Notes: generated from the letters alone by a model not told the origin. A DNA stretch of 39,806 nucleotides from an uncultured Chloroflexota bacterium (GCA_903944295.1 CAJARA010000034.1:1-39806), one strand, 5' to 3'; counted from the first letter of the stretch, positions 8,710 through 17,563 are shown. A program made the numbers and translations.

Positions 8710-10455
8710 TCAGTTCGCGAGGGAGAGATCCCCTGCGTTCCAGAGCGGACCGGCCTGCGTTGGGTTCGAAAGGAACCCGCCGACCTTATCGCTCACGAGC
8801 TCAATCCCCAACCAGTAATAGAGGGGGATTTCTACCGTTGTGGCAGCCATGATCTCCTGAGCCTTGGCTGCTGCAGCGGCGATGACGTCCAAATCGATCG
8901 TGCCCTTGATGGTGTCCAACTGGGCATCAAGTGCTGCGTCGTTCACCTTGGCGTCGTTCTGGCCGTCTGGCTCAAACTTGCTTGAGTGGTACACGCCGTA
9001 AAGCGAGACCGCCTCAATGCCTGAGCTGTAAGCGTGCAGCGCAACGTCAAAGTTACCGCGGGCAAGGTTGCACGAGAGCGTCTCGTCCGACTCTGTCCAC
9101 GGCGCGAAGATGGTGCCGCCGCCGTTGTACACGGCCTTGATCCCGATCTTCGCAAGGTCACCAGCCACGTAGGCAATGGTGGACTTTCGCACTGGCTTCA
9201 TCGTCGTGCAGAACTCGAGGATGGCGGAGACGCCGTCCTTCTCCACGATGCCGTCGCCATTGCTGTCAACCCAGCCTGCGTCAGTAAGGGTCTTCTTGGC
9301 AGCAGCCAGGTCAAACTTGACCGGGCTCTGCTCCTTATAGAACCAGGCGAGTGGGGTGACGCTTGAAGAAGCGATCACTCCGGCTTCGCCGAGGATACGG
9401 GTCCAGATGGAGTCCTTGTCTGTGGCCTGAGCGATTGCCTTGCGGATCGCTGGGTCAGAGACTGGGCAACCACCACCACGCGTCGTCTTGAGCGGCTCAA
9501 GGATTGAGCAGTCATCAGCCGAGTGGTTTGGTCGGAAGAACTCGTAGGTGAAGACACTCTGTGCCTTCTGCGCAACGCCGAGATCCTTCGTGGTCTCGAA
9601 GCTGTTCTGGTCGAGGTCGGTCACGATGTCCAACTCGCCAGCGCGGAACTTCGCAATACAGGTGTCAGGATCGCCGCAGACCACGTACTTGATGCTGTCA
9701 AGCTTCGTGCCCTCGCCGCTGTATGGGTTCTTCCACTTGTCGTTGCGAACCATCACGGTCTCAACGCCTTCAGTTCGGCTTGCGAACTTGAATGCGCCAG
9801 AGACTGGGACGTTTGCCAGGTCCTCAGGGCGGAAGCCCGCGCCAAGCACCATGTCAGTTGCTGGGTTGCCCGAGTTGATGTCGTACTTCTCGAAGTAGTG
9901 CTTTGGCATGATGCCAACGCCGCCGTACACGCCCGAGTAGAGCTCGGAGTAGTGCAGCTTGATCGTCAAGTCATCAATGCACTCAACATCAGAGATTTCT
10001 GCAGCGCCGGTCGTTGAGAGAGGGTTCCCCTCTGTCATCACCCAGCTGTGGGTGTACTCAGCGTCTGCACAGGTGATCGCAACACCGTCTGACCAAACGA
10101 GCCCCTCACGGAGCGTCCAGGTCACGGTCATTGCGTCGCCGTTCTCGCCTGGGAGAACGATGCCCTTGTTGGCGATCGTTGGAATCTCGGTCGCCATCCA
10201 CGGCACGTACTTCGCCTCATTGCTGAGGGTGACGAGGCCGTCCCACACGGTTGCCAGCACGTTTGCTGACATCACGGTGGAGTAGTAGTACGGGTGCAAG
10301 CTGTCGACATCCTGATAGTCGCCAACGAGCAACGTTCCGCCAGTACCGCCTTCACCAGGCTTGTACGAGCCGACGATGCTGGCGCCGCCACCGCAAGCAC
10401 CAGCGATCAACGCTGCGCTTACGAAGAGAGCCGCCAGTGCGGACTTCTTTCGCAT
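8710..10455 (-). CDS. ABC transporter substrate-binding protein, family 5 (OppA/DppA-like), lipoprotein-like signal
   Basis: Its size (581 aa) and its position ahead of the BCDF genes fit. The N-terminus is MRKKSALAALFVSAALIAGACGGG. I start at ATG 10455, which is preceded by GAAGGAGGAAAC, rather than the track's 10500. Confidence 0.88.
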   Translation of the reverse strand: MRKKSALAALFVSAALIAGACGGGASIVGSYKPGEGGTGGTLLVGDYQDVDSLHPYYYSTVMSANVLATVWDGLVTLSNEAKYVPWMATEIPTIANKGIVLPGENGDAMTVTWTLREGLVWSDGVAITCADAEYTHSWVMTEGNPLSTTGAAEISDVECIDDLTIKLHYSELYSGVYGGVGIMPKHYFEKYDINSGNPATDMVLGAGFRPEDLANVPVSGAFKFASRTEGVETVMVRNDKWKNPYSGEGTKLDSIKYVVCGDPDTCIAKFRAGELDIVTDLDQNSFETTKDLGVAQKAQSVFTYEFFRPNHSADDCSILEPLKTTRGGGCPVSDPAIRKAIAQATDKDSIWTRILGEAGVIASSSVTPLAWFYKEQSPVKFDLAAAKKTLTDAGWVDSNGDGIVEKDGVSAILEFCTTMKPVRKSTIAYVAGDLAKIGIKAVYNGGGTIFAPWTESDETLSCNLARGNFDVALHAYSSGIEAVSLYGVYHSSKFEPDGQNDAKVNDAALDAQLDTIKGTIDLDVIAAAAAKAQEIMAATTVEIPLYYWLGIELVSDKVGGFLSNPTQAGPLWNAGDLSLAN

Positions 10456-10580
10456 GTTTCCTCCTTCGATCGGCGCCCGCATCCGAGCGCCGTGTCTCAT
10501 GAAGCGCGATCTGCGCTTGGGCGTAGGGTATCCGATCGGCGGGGGGTACTTCTAGCCTCGGCGCAGGTTTATGGCGGGGG

Positions 10581-11231
10581 CTACGGCTGGAGGCGGCGGA
10601 TCTCCCAGGCGGCGCCGTTCGGCAGGTACTCGAAGCGGTCGTGGAGGCGGTTCTGGCGCCCCTGCCAGAACTCCCAGCGGGCGGGGGTGAGGAGGTAGCC
10701 ACCCCAGAAGTGGGGAAGTTCAATCGGCGCGCAGTCCTGGTGAGCGGTTGTTTCGGCGGCGAGCGCCGCCTCAAGCGCCTCACGGGAGGGGGTCGGCTGG
10801 CCCTGGCGGCTGGCTCGGGCGCCGAGCTGACTCTCGCGCGGACGGCTGACAAAGTAGGCGGCCGATTCGGCTTCGGTGAGCTGTCGCACTGGACCTGAGC
10901 AGCGCACCTGGCGCTCGATCCCCGGCCACCAGAGGGTGAGCGCCGCCTGCGGATTGATGGCGAGGTCCTGACCTTTGCGACTTTCGTGATTCGTATAGAA
11001 GCGCAGACCATCGGCGGCGATGCCGCGGACGAGGATCATTCGGACGCTCGGAGTCCCGTGCGCGTCGGCGGTTGCGAGGGCTGCGGCGAGCGGTTCGGGG
11101 AGTTCGGCGGCGATCGCCGCGTCAACCCAGCGTTGAAACTGCGTCAGTGGGTCGGCGTGAAGGTCGACTTCGTTCAGTTCGCGCTGCGCGTAGTCGGAGC
11201 GACCGCCGAGCGGCGTGCTCTGATCAGCCAC
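10581..11231 (-). CDS. pdxH: Pyridoxamine 5'-phosphate oxidase
   Basis: RMILVRGI...FYTNHESRKG..., SRPRESQLGA, WGGY...P..WEFWQGR.NRLHDR and the ...RRLQP C-terminus are classic PdxH motifs. GTG start. Confidence 0.92.
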   Translation of the reverse strand: MADQSTPLGGRSDYAQRELNEVDLHADPLTQFQRWVDAAIAAELPEPLAAALATADAHGTPSVRMILVRGIAADGLRFYTNHESRKGQDLAINPQAALTLWWPGIERQVRCSGPVRQLTEAESAAYFVSRPRESQLGARASRQGQPTPSREALEAALAAETTAHQDCAPIELPHFWGGYLLTPARWEFWQGRQNRLHDRFEYLPNGAAWEIRRLQP

Positions 11232-11243
11232 AGGAGGCCACGG

Positions 11244-11936
11244 TCAGGCGAGGCCTTCCGGTGTCTCGAGTCGCGACTTCAGGTCGCCGAGAAAGGTTGC
11301 AACGAGTGCGCCGTCAACGGCGCGGTGATCGGCGGAGAGTGTGGCGGTGAGCATCTGTCGTGCCACCACTGCGCCGTCGCGCACCACGGCGCGCTGCTCG
11401 CTGCGACCAGTGGCGAGGATGGCGACCTGCGGTGGTGTGACGATCGCAGTGAACTGCGTCACGGGGAAGCCACCGAGATTGCTGAGGGTGAACGTTGCGT
11501 CGGAGAACTCTGCGGGCTTCAACTTGTTCGCCTTGGTGCGCGTCACAAGGTCGCGGAGTTCGGACGAGATGGTGGCGAGATCCTTGCTGGCACAGTCGAG
11601 GAGTGCTGGTGCGATCAGGCCGTCGGGGATGGCGATGGCGATACCGATATTGATCTGGTCGACGCGCTCGAGCGTCTCGCCGCTCCAGACGGCGTTGAGT
11701 GCTGGTGCTGCGGCAAGCGACTGCGCAAGTGCTCGGACGAGCCAGGCGGTGATGGTGACGCGGTCGTCACCGCTCTTCCCTTCATTCAGTTTGTTGTTTG
11801 CGGCGGTCACCGCCTCCATCTCAATATCGGTAGAGACGTAAAAGTGTGGCGCCTTTGACTTTGACTCCACCATGCGACGGCTGATCGCCGCGCGCATCGG
11901 TGTGAAGGTGACCGGCGTACGGCCGGGCTTCTCCAC
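11244..11936 (-). CDS. 2-oxoacid dehydrogenase E2 acyltransferase, catalytic domain only
   Basis: PMRAAISRRMVESK..APHF, TFTLSNLGG, and the active-site DHRAVDGA. It begins at a GTG immediately after the TAA of the lipoyl-domain ORF and in the same frame. Confidence 0.85.
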   Translation of the reverse strand: MEKPGRTPVTFTPMRAAISRRMVESKSKAPHFYVSTDIEMEAVTAANNKLNEGKSGDDRVTITAWLVRALAQSLAAAPALNAVWSGETLERVDQINIGIAIAIPDGLIAPALLDCASKDLATISSELRDLVTRTKANKLKPAEFSDATFTLSNLGGFPVTQFTAIVTPPQVAILATGRSEQRAVVRDGAVVARQMLTATLSADHRAVDGALVATFLGDLKSRLETPEGLA

Positions 11937-12179
11937 TTACTTGCCGTCTTCGATGTAGGCGATCACGGTGCCGACCGCCACTTCGCTCCCTGCGGCGTGA
12001 ACGATCTCGGCGAGTGTGCCAGCGGCGGGGGACTCAAACTCCACCGTTGCCTTTTCGGTCTCAAGCTCACCGATCGGCTGACCCGCCGTGACGGTATCGC
12101 CAACCTTCGCCGTCCAGTTCCCAATCTTGCCGACCTCGGTGTCGTAGCCGAGTCGTGGCATCTCTACAGGTACACGCAT
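11937..12179 (-). CDS. Stand-alone lipoyl-attachment domain protein (80 aa)
   Basis: MRVPVEMPRLG...GDTVTAGQPIGELETEKATVEFESPAAGTLAEI is a lipoyl domain with the target Lys in an EKA context. ATG 12179 is preceded by GGAGGAG. The track's longer 150-aa version adds a Pro/Arg/Ser-rich head. Confidence 0.8.
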   Translation of the reverse strand: MRVPVEMPRLGYDTEVGKIGNWTAKVGDTVTAGQPIGELETEKATVEFESPAAGTLAEIVHAAGSEVAVGTVIAYIEDGK

Positions 12180-12270
12180 CGTCTTACTCCTCCTACTCGT
12201 GCCGCTCCGCGCGGTGCTGCGGTGCGGCTTCGCCCCTAGTGTAGCCCCGCCCACCCACTGGGGTGGTGCG

Positions 12271-13584
12271 CTAGCGCTGCGATTCGAGCGCGGGCTCGGT
12301 GACGACCTCATCGCCGTGATGGAGGCGCGTGGCGGCATCCCAGTCGCCCCCCACCTCGGCGGTGGCGGCGGCAGCCAGGCGGAAGGCACCCGTGACGAGG
12401 AAGATCACCACATAGGTTGGGTAGGCGATAGGGAAGATCGCGAGCACCGCAACGCCAACAGCCTGGCCAGCGGCGAGGCAGGCGGCGTTCACGGCGCCAA
12501 AGGTTGACTGCGCGCGGACAACTTCACCAGGTGCGGCGAGTCGGAGGAGTCGCTCTTGTGCTGAGAGCATGCCAGCGGCGAATCCTACGGTGACCACCAC
12601 CATCACGATGAGCAGGACGAGCGGCGCAAACGGATTCCATGGACCAGCGAGTGCTGAGGAAGCCATCCCAGCGCCACGGACGATGAGTGACGTTCTATAG
12701 AGACGACTCGCTGAGCCTCGCTCCAGCCAGTTACCGATCACCAGCGCACCGATCAGCGCGGCGGCGGAGCCAACGGCGGAGAGGAGGATGGCGTAGGCGG
12801 CCGACTGATTCAGCACGACGATGGCGTAGAGCGAAAGGTACGGGGCAAAGCCGGCACCGAGCGCGGCAATTGCGTTGGTGCGAATGAACTTGCGCACTGG
12901 CGCGGAGAGCTTGCCGCCGCGCACGGAGCGCTCTGGTGCGATTGCGCCGGGTCGCGGCAGTTTGCGCAGCGCGCGGATAAAGGCGAGGCTCGCGATGAGC
13001 GCACCGATGAATGCTGGCGCGTAGATGAGGACGCCCCAGTCCGCCTCGCCGACGCGGACGAGCAGTGCAATGGGGACGAGCAGCACCGAGCCGAGCCCGA
13101 ACTGGATCGCCAGCGCGCGCGGTGCAACGAAGCGTCGCTCGCGCTCCGGAAGGATGCGCCCGAACCAGGTCTGCACGTTGGCGCCAGCGAGCGCCTGCGC
13201 CGTTGCGCCAACACCGAAGCCGATCGCGATCAGCAAGATGCCACCGATGGCGGAGAGTAGTCCCGCCCAGATCAGGACGACAACCGCGATGTAGAGGAGG
13301 GGTCGCATCAGTCCAATTGCGGCGATCACGATGGTGAGGCCGCGCAGGTCGCCGCGGTTGCGACGCAAGATGGCGGGGACGAAGGCCTGAAGGATGCCGC
13401 CAATGAACGGGAAGAGGCCGATCAGCGTTGCGAGTGCTGGTGATGCGCCGAGTGTTGCGACGAGCGGAATGGCGAGTCCGTCGCCAGCGAGCGCTACGGC
13501 GATCGCGTCAGAGATGGCGAGTGTGCCGAAGGCGGCGTAACGACCGGTGAGGAAGCGTCGCCAGTCGGCGGCGGCGCCGCTCAC
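12271..13584 (-). CDS. MFS-type transporter (about 12 TM)
   Basis: Polytopic hydrophobic protein with a central basic loop (RALRKLPRPG...). The GTG start overlaps the upstream TGA (GTGA at 13581-13584). The family call is by architecture only. Confidence 0.6.
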   Translation of the reverse strand: MSGAAADWRRFLTGRYAAFGTLAISDAIAVALAGDGLAIPLVATLGASPALATLIGLFPFIGGILQAFVPAILRRNRGDLRGLTIVIAAIGLMRPLLYIAVVVLIWAGLLSAIGGILLIAIGFGVGATAQALAGANVQTWFGRILPERERRFVAPRALAIQFGLGSVLLVPIALLVRVGEADWGVLIYAPAFIGALIASLAFIRALRKLPRPGAIAPERSVRGGKLSAPVRKFIRTNAIAALGAGFAPYLSLYAIVVLNQSAAYAILLSAVGSAAALIGALVIGNWLERGSASRLYRTSLIVRGAGMASSALAGPWNPFAPLVLLIVMVVVTVGFAAGMLSAQERLLRLAAPGEVVRAQSTFGAVNAACLAAGQAVGVAVLAIFPIAYPTYVVIFLVTGAFRLAAAATAEVGGDWDAATRLHHGDEVVTEPALESQR

Positions 13585-14891
13585 TCTGACTTTGCGGCGG
13601 CGCTGCTCGCGCGGACCTGCTCTTCGATCCGATCGATCTCGGTGCTGATAGAGGTGCGGAGCGTATCGAGCTCATCGCGCGCCTTCTCGGTGGTGTTGTC
13701 GATCGCGGTGAGCGTCTTCTTAATCTCCTTGACCGAATCGAGTCGGCTGCGGAGTGCCTCAATCGCGTCGCGCACGGCGGAGAGGTCGGCGCCGCTCCCT
13801 TCGGACTTGGCACGGATTAGCGCGGAGATGCGAGCGAGTCGATACGAGGCTTCAAGGATGGCGACGTCTGGCGCCTCTGGGTCAACGACGCAGTAGACGC
13901 CGTTGCGGCTGATCTGGAATGGCGCGGCCCCCGCCGGTGCCGCCGCTTCGCTAAAGACCATCAGCGCGATCTCCGCCTTGCGATTCTCACGCGCCTCGGC
14001 GAGCTCCTTCTCAATGGCTGGACCGGTCATCGCCTTGTCCTTCACCTCAACAACGATCCGCAGCACCGCAGCGCTTGAATCCTTGGCGTTGATCGTGATC
14101 ACCGCGTCGCCCTTCTTTGAGTCGGTGACGGCGCCAGTGATGCCGCCAGTCCCTTCAATATCGTCATTCGTAGCGCGCAGCAGTTCGGTGTATTCGGCGA
14201 TGATGCGCGACTCGAAGTCGGCCCCCTTCGCCGTCCCCTTCTTCCGCTCGCCCTTCGCCGCCTTCTGCGACGCCTCCATCTCCACGATCTTCAGCAACAC
14301 GTCGTCGAAACGCTTCGCGATCTCAGCGCGGAATCCGCTCAGTGGCGACGCTTCGCGCGTGGGGTCAAGAAGGTGCGCGAGCTTGCTCGCGTCGCCATCA
14401 AAGTAGGTGCCGAGGATCGTGTTCAGCTTGCCGATCGCGGAGTCGCGGCGATTCTCGTCGAAGAGATCCTTGGTGAACTGGGCGAGCTGCCCCTTGTCGC
14501 CGATGAAGCGCTCCAGGGTTGCTGGCATCACGCCCCCTTCGGTTGAGAAGGTCTTGCGCAGGATCTCCTCCACCTCAACGGTCGCCTTTTTGTTGGAATC
14601 AGCCGCGTCGCTCAGCAGCTTGTCGAAGGCGCGGCGCACATGATCAACGTCAATTGAGCCGCTTGCACTCTGCAGCGCCATCAGGCCAACGCGCAGGGCG
14701 CGTTCAACCGTCTCGGGGCGCTCCTCTGGCGATCGGCTCTCCAGATATCCGGCAAGGGCGCGGTCGATGATCTCTAGCGAGGCGACGCGGATGCGATCGC
14801 CAACAACGTCAACCTGTGTCGGCTTATTCGCCGCGCTCATCGGGACGAGCCCGGGTGCCGCGTTGAGATCTGGTGCGCGTTCGCTACTCAT
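13581..14891 (-). CDS. Uncharacterised coiled-coil protein with a central PD-(D/E)xK-like (DUF2130-like) core
   Basis: 436 aa with clean coding character. Helical, charged N- and C-terminal regions. The central segment is KGADFESRI...KKGDAVITI...LRIVVEVKDK...ENRKAEIALMVFS (D...E-x-K spacing). No family is recognised with certainty. Confidence 0.55.
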   Translation of the reverse strand: MSSERAPDLNAAPGLVPMSAANKPTQVDVVGDRIRVASLEIIDRALAGYLESRSPEERPETVERALRVGLMALQSASGSIDVDHVRRAFDKLLSDAADSNKKATVEVEEILRKTFSTEGGVMPATLERFIGDKGQLAQFTKDLFDENRRDSAIGKLNTILGTYFDGDASKLAHLLDPTREASPLSGFRAEIAKRFDDVLLKIVEMEASQKAAKGERKKGTAKGADFESRIIAEYTELLRATNDDIEGTGGITGAVTDSKKGDAVITINAKDSSAAVLRIVVEVKDKAMTGPAIEKELAEARENRKAEIALMVFSEAAAPAGAAPFQISRNGVYCVVDPEAPDVAILEASYRLARISALIRAKSEGSGADLSAVRDAIEALRSRLDSVKEIKKTLTAIDNTTEKARDELDTLRTSISTEIDRIEEQVRASSAAAKSE

Positions 14892-14912
14892 GGGTGCTCT
14901 CGCGGCTCATGG

Positions 14913-15188
14913 TTAGCGCAGCGCGATCGTGCCGCAGCCGTCGCAGAGGGCGACGAGTCCGTGGCGGTCGCGTGCGTAGCCGGCGGTGTGCATCACGCCA
15001 GGGCAGCCGACACTGCGGCAACGCCAGGCCCAGGCTTCGCCGTCACTCGTGTTGTCATAGGGGAGCGCCTCAGCGGCGAGCTTCTCAGCGAGCCCTTCGC
15101 GTGCGCCAAGTGTTAACGCGATCGCGGCGGCGCGCTCCGCCTCGCTCTCCTTCTTGTATGGGTAACTCTGGGCAACATTGCTTGGCAT
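14913..15188 (-). CDS. Small Cys4 zinc-ribbon-like protein (91 aa)
   Basis: MPSNVAQSYPYKK...WRCRSVGCPG...(20 aa)...LCDGCGTIALR gives CxxxxC...CxxC. ATG 15188 sits 6 nt downstream of a TATACT box. The track's 152-aa version starts inside the divergent gene. Confidence 0.55.
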   Translation of the reverse strand: MPSNVAQSYPYKKESEAERAAAIALTLGAREGLAEKLAAEALPYDNTSDGEAWAWRCRSVGCPGVMHTAGYARDRHGLVALCDGCGTIALR

Positions 15189-15194
15189 GCGGCG

Positions 15195-15200
15195 AGTATA
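15195..15200 (-). promoter_or_regulatory. Candidate -10 box (TATACT) for a leaderless zinc-ribbon gene
   Basis: Minus strand reads TATACT-cgccgc-ATG (15200->15186). Confidence 0.45.
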
Positions 15201-15209
15201 CCGAGCCGC

Positions 15210-15215
15210 TATCGT
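15210..15215 (+). promoter_or_regulatory. Candidate -10 box (TATCGT) for a leaderless or near-leaderless MFS gene
   Basis: Plus strand reads GC-TATCGT-ggagcgg-ATG (ATG at 15223). Confidence 0.4.
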
Positions 15216-15222
15216 GGAGCGG

Positions 15223-16506
15223 ATGACTGCATCAATGCGCTCGTTGCTTCTGGGGACGCTCACCCTTCGCACGGCGACGGGGACGACCGGGGCCCTCCTG
15301 ATCGTCTGGAATAAGCACCTGAATACAACCGGCGCGGTGAGTATCACGCCTGTTGACCTTGCGACGATCACCCTCGCCTTCTACGTCACGGAGCTGATCG
15401 GCTCGCCGATCTTCGGGATCATCGCCGACCGTGTTGGGCGGAAGCCGGTGATGCTTCTTGGTCCACTCTTCGGCCTTGCGGCTGTTCTGCTGACCCCCTT
15501 TGCGGCGACGATTCCGCTGCTGATCGGCACGCGACTCCTTGAGGGCGCGTCAACCGCAGCAAGCGTGCCGTCAATCCTCTCCTACGTTGCGGCGAGCACC
15601 AGTCACGACGAGAAGTTGCGCGGGCGCGTGGTCACACTCTTTGAGGTGGCGACGCTCGGCGGACTCCTGGTTGCAGGGACGGCGCTTGCGGGGCCCCTCT
15701 GGGAGATCTTCGGGACGAGCGCCTTCCTGATTAACGGTGGGATCTATCTCCTCGCGCTCGCCTTCTTCGCCTACGGCGTGAAGGACGAGCACACCGCGCC
15801 GCCACCGCATGATGAGGGTCGACTGAGGAAGTACGCGAAGCTTTTCAGCCAGCGCGGCATCCTCCTCTTTGTCCCAACCTGGGTCTCCATCAACGCGATC
15901 ATCGGCGTCTGGGTGCCGCAAGGGCTCAATCTGCTGCTCGGCGATGCTGGCGTTGACGTGACGGGGCAGTTCCTTCTGAGCGGCTTCCCCTTTGTCGTCA
16001 TCACCACCGCCTTCGCCTTTGTTGCGCTGGTTGGTGGTATCGGACTCTTCTTCTGGGGGAATCGCTTCGCGAACTACCGCCGAACCACGATCCTCCTCTT
16101 TGGCCTGATCGCCTTCGTCGTTGCAATGTCCGCCGTCTTCCTGATGAATCGTTTAACCGGGACGGATCTGCTACTGATCGGTGCGCTATTTGTGACCATC
16201 TGTGTCTCCATGTTCTTTATCGCTGGCGCAACGCCAGCGGCGCTCGGCTTCTTGGCTGATGTCTCCGAGCGCTATCACACCGATCGCAGCGCGGTGATGG
16301 GGCTCTACTCAATCTTCCTCGGCCTCGGCCAGGTGATCGGGGTGAAGGTAGCGGGGGACCTCGCCACCTCCTTCGGCGTGGACGGGCTCGTCTACGCCAC
16401 GTTCGGCTTCCTCGCGATTGCGGGGAGCTTCCTCTTGATCCTGCGCCGAGTGGAGCACGAGATCCTCCCAACGACCCTGCAGCGGCAACGCGCCGCGCAC
16501 GACTGA
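15223..16506 (+). CDS. MFS transporter
   Basis: Signature loop GIIADRVGRKPVMLLG between TM2 and TM3, with 12 predicted TM segments. I start at ATG 15223 (MTASMRSLLLG...). Confidence 0.85.
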   Translation: MTASMRSLLLGTLTLRTATGTTGALLIVWNKHLNTTGAVSITPVDLATITLAFYVTELIGSPIFGIIADRVGRKPVMLLGPLFGLAAVLLTPFAATIPLLIGTRLLEGASTAASVPSILSYVAASTSHDEKLRGRVVTLFEVATLGGLLVAGTALAGPLWEIFGTSAFLINGGIYLLALAFFAYGVKDEHTAPPPHDEGRLRKYAKLFSQRGILLFVPTWVSINAIIGVWVPQGLNLLLGDAGVDVTGQFLLSGFPFVVITTAFAFVALVGGIGLFFWGNRFANYRRTTILLFGLIAFVVAMSAVFLMNRLTGTDLLLIGALFVTICVSMFFIAGATPAALGFLADVSERYHTDRSAVMGLYSIFLGLGQVIGVKVAGDLATSFGVDGLVYATFGFLAIAGSFLLILRRVEHEILPTTLQRQRAAHD

Positions 16507-16516
16507 TTCTCGCCGA

Positions 16517-16522
16517 TAAACT
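16517..16522 (+). promoter_or_regulatory. Candidate -10 box (TAAACT) for degV
   Basis: TAAACT lies 46 nt upstream of ATG 16569, and a GGAGGGGAG SD lies in between. Confidence 0.25.
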
Positions 16523-16568
16523 GAAGGTCAGAGCGGCCTCCGCTCGTTGATGTTGGAGGGGAGTTGAT

Positions 16569-17432
16569 ATGAGCCAGTCAGCGCACAAGGTTGCAATCGT
16601 CTCAGACAGCGCATCAGATATTCCACCGCAGCTCGCCAAGGAGCTCGGCATCACGATCGTCCCGATCATCGTCTCGTTTAATGAAGAGAGCTTCAAGGTG
16701 GGCGAGGAGATCTCCATGGACGAGTTCTGGAAGCGACTCACCGCCCCCGGCGCTCCATTCCCTAAGACCGCCGCCCCATCAGCCGCCGCCTTCACCGCGG
16801 CGTACGATCGCGCCTTTGCGGAAGGCGCGCAGGAGATCGTCTCCGTTCATGTGGCATCGAAGCTCTCCGCCACCTACCGCAGCGCGGAGATGGCCGCCTC
16901 TTCGCATCCGCAGAGCAAGAGCATCCATCTGGTAGACACCACCACCGCATCTGCGGCGCAGGGTCTCTTGGTGAAGCGCGCGCATCGTGGTGCCGTTGCA
17001 GGAAAGAGTGCGGCGGAGATCGTAGCCGACCTCCAGGGAGCGATCCCACGCACCCACGTCATCTTCTTCCTCGACTCGCTCGACTACCTGAAGGCGGGCG
17101 GGCGCATCAGCCCAGCGCGCGCTGCAATTGGCGGGCTTCTCTCCGTGAAGCCGATCATCGACATCATTGATGGCGAGGTGGTGACGCTCGATAAGCCGCG
17201 CACAACGTCAAAGGCGCGCGAGCGCTTCATGCAGATTGTTGGTGAATCGGCCGTTGAGGAGCTCACGATCCTGCACTCAGAGGCGCCTGATGTTGAGGAG
17301 TTCCGGACAGAACTCGTCACGCGGTTCCCTGCGGTGGGTGCGCTGAAGCCGGGGATCGTTCGCGCCGGTGCCGCGATTGGGCCGCACACGGGACCGAAGG
17401 GTCTCGGCGTTGCACTGATTCGCGCAAAGTAG
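16569..17432 (+). CDS. DegV-family fatty-acid-binding protein
   Basis: VAIVSDSASDIP...GITIVPI.V.F..., PKTAAPS and SSKLSATY-type motifs. Confidence 0.88.
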   Translation: MSQSAHKVAIVSDSASDIPPQLAKELGITIVPIIVSFNEESFKVGEEISMDEFWKRLTAPGAPFPKTAAPSAAAFTAAYDRAFAEGAQEIVSVHVASKLSATYRSAEMAASSHPQSKSIHLVDTTTASAAQGLLVKRAHRGAVAGKSAAEIVADLQGAIPRTHVIFFLDSLDYLKAGGRISPARAAIGGLLSVKPIIDIIDGEVVTLDKPRTTSKARERFMQIVGESAVEELTILHSEAPDVEEFRTELVTRFPAVGALKPGIVRAGAAIGPHTGPKGLGVALIRAK

Positions 17433-17485
17433 CCCTGGAGCACCCCGATGGGGGAGGCTCGGCGGCGGGTTTGTTGGCCAAGTTG

Positions 17486-17491
17486 TAGCCT
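17486..17491 (+). promoter_or_regulatory. Candidate -10 box (TAGCCT) upstream of gdh
   Basis: TAGCCT-gtgggc-GTG. The GTG (17498) opens a 15-codon ORF that ends 19 nt before the gdh ATG. gdh itself has a GAGGTGA SD. Confidence 0.25.
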
Positions 17492-17563
17492 GTGGGCGTG
17501 CGCCGAAGGGCGGCCGACTGCGACCTCTCGCCGCAGCGGATATGAGCATGAGGTGACCCACGA

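Noticed and set aside
16531-16545. Hairpin GAGCGG-cct-CCGCTC after the MFS gene and before degV
   Set aside because: It has only 6 bp with a 3-nt loop and lies inside the predicted degV leader. I do not consider it strong enough to annotate.
17433-17480. Possible terminator after degV (CCCC-gat-GGGG core followed by GGGTTTGTTGG)
   Set aside because: The stem is short and interrupted, so the evidence is insufficient.
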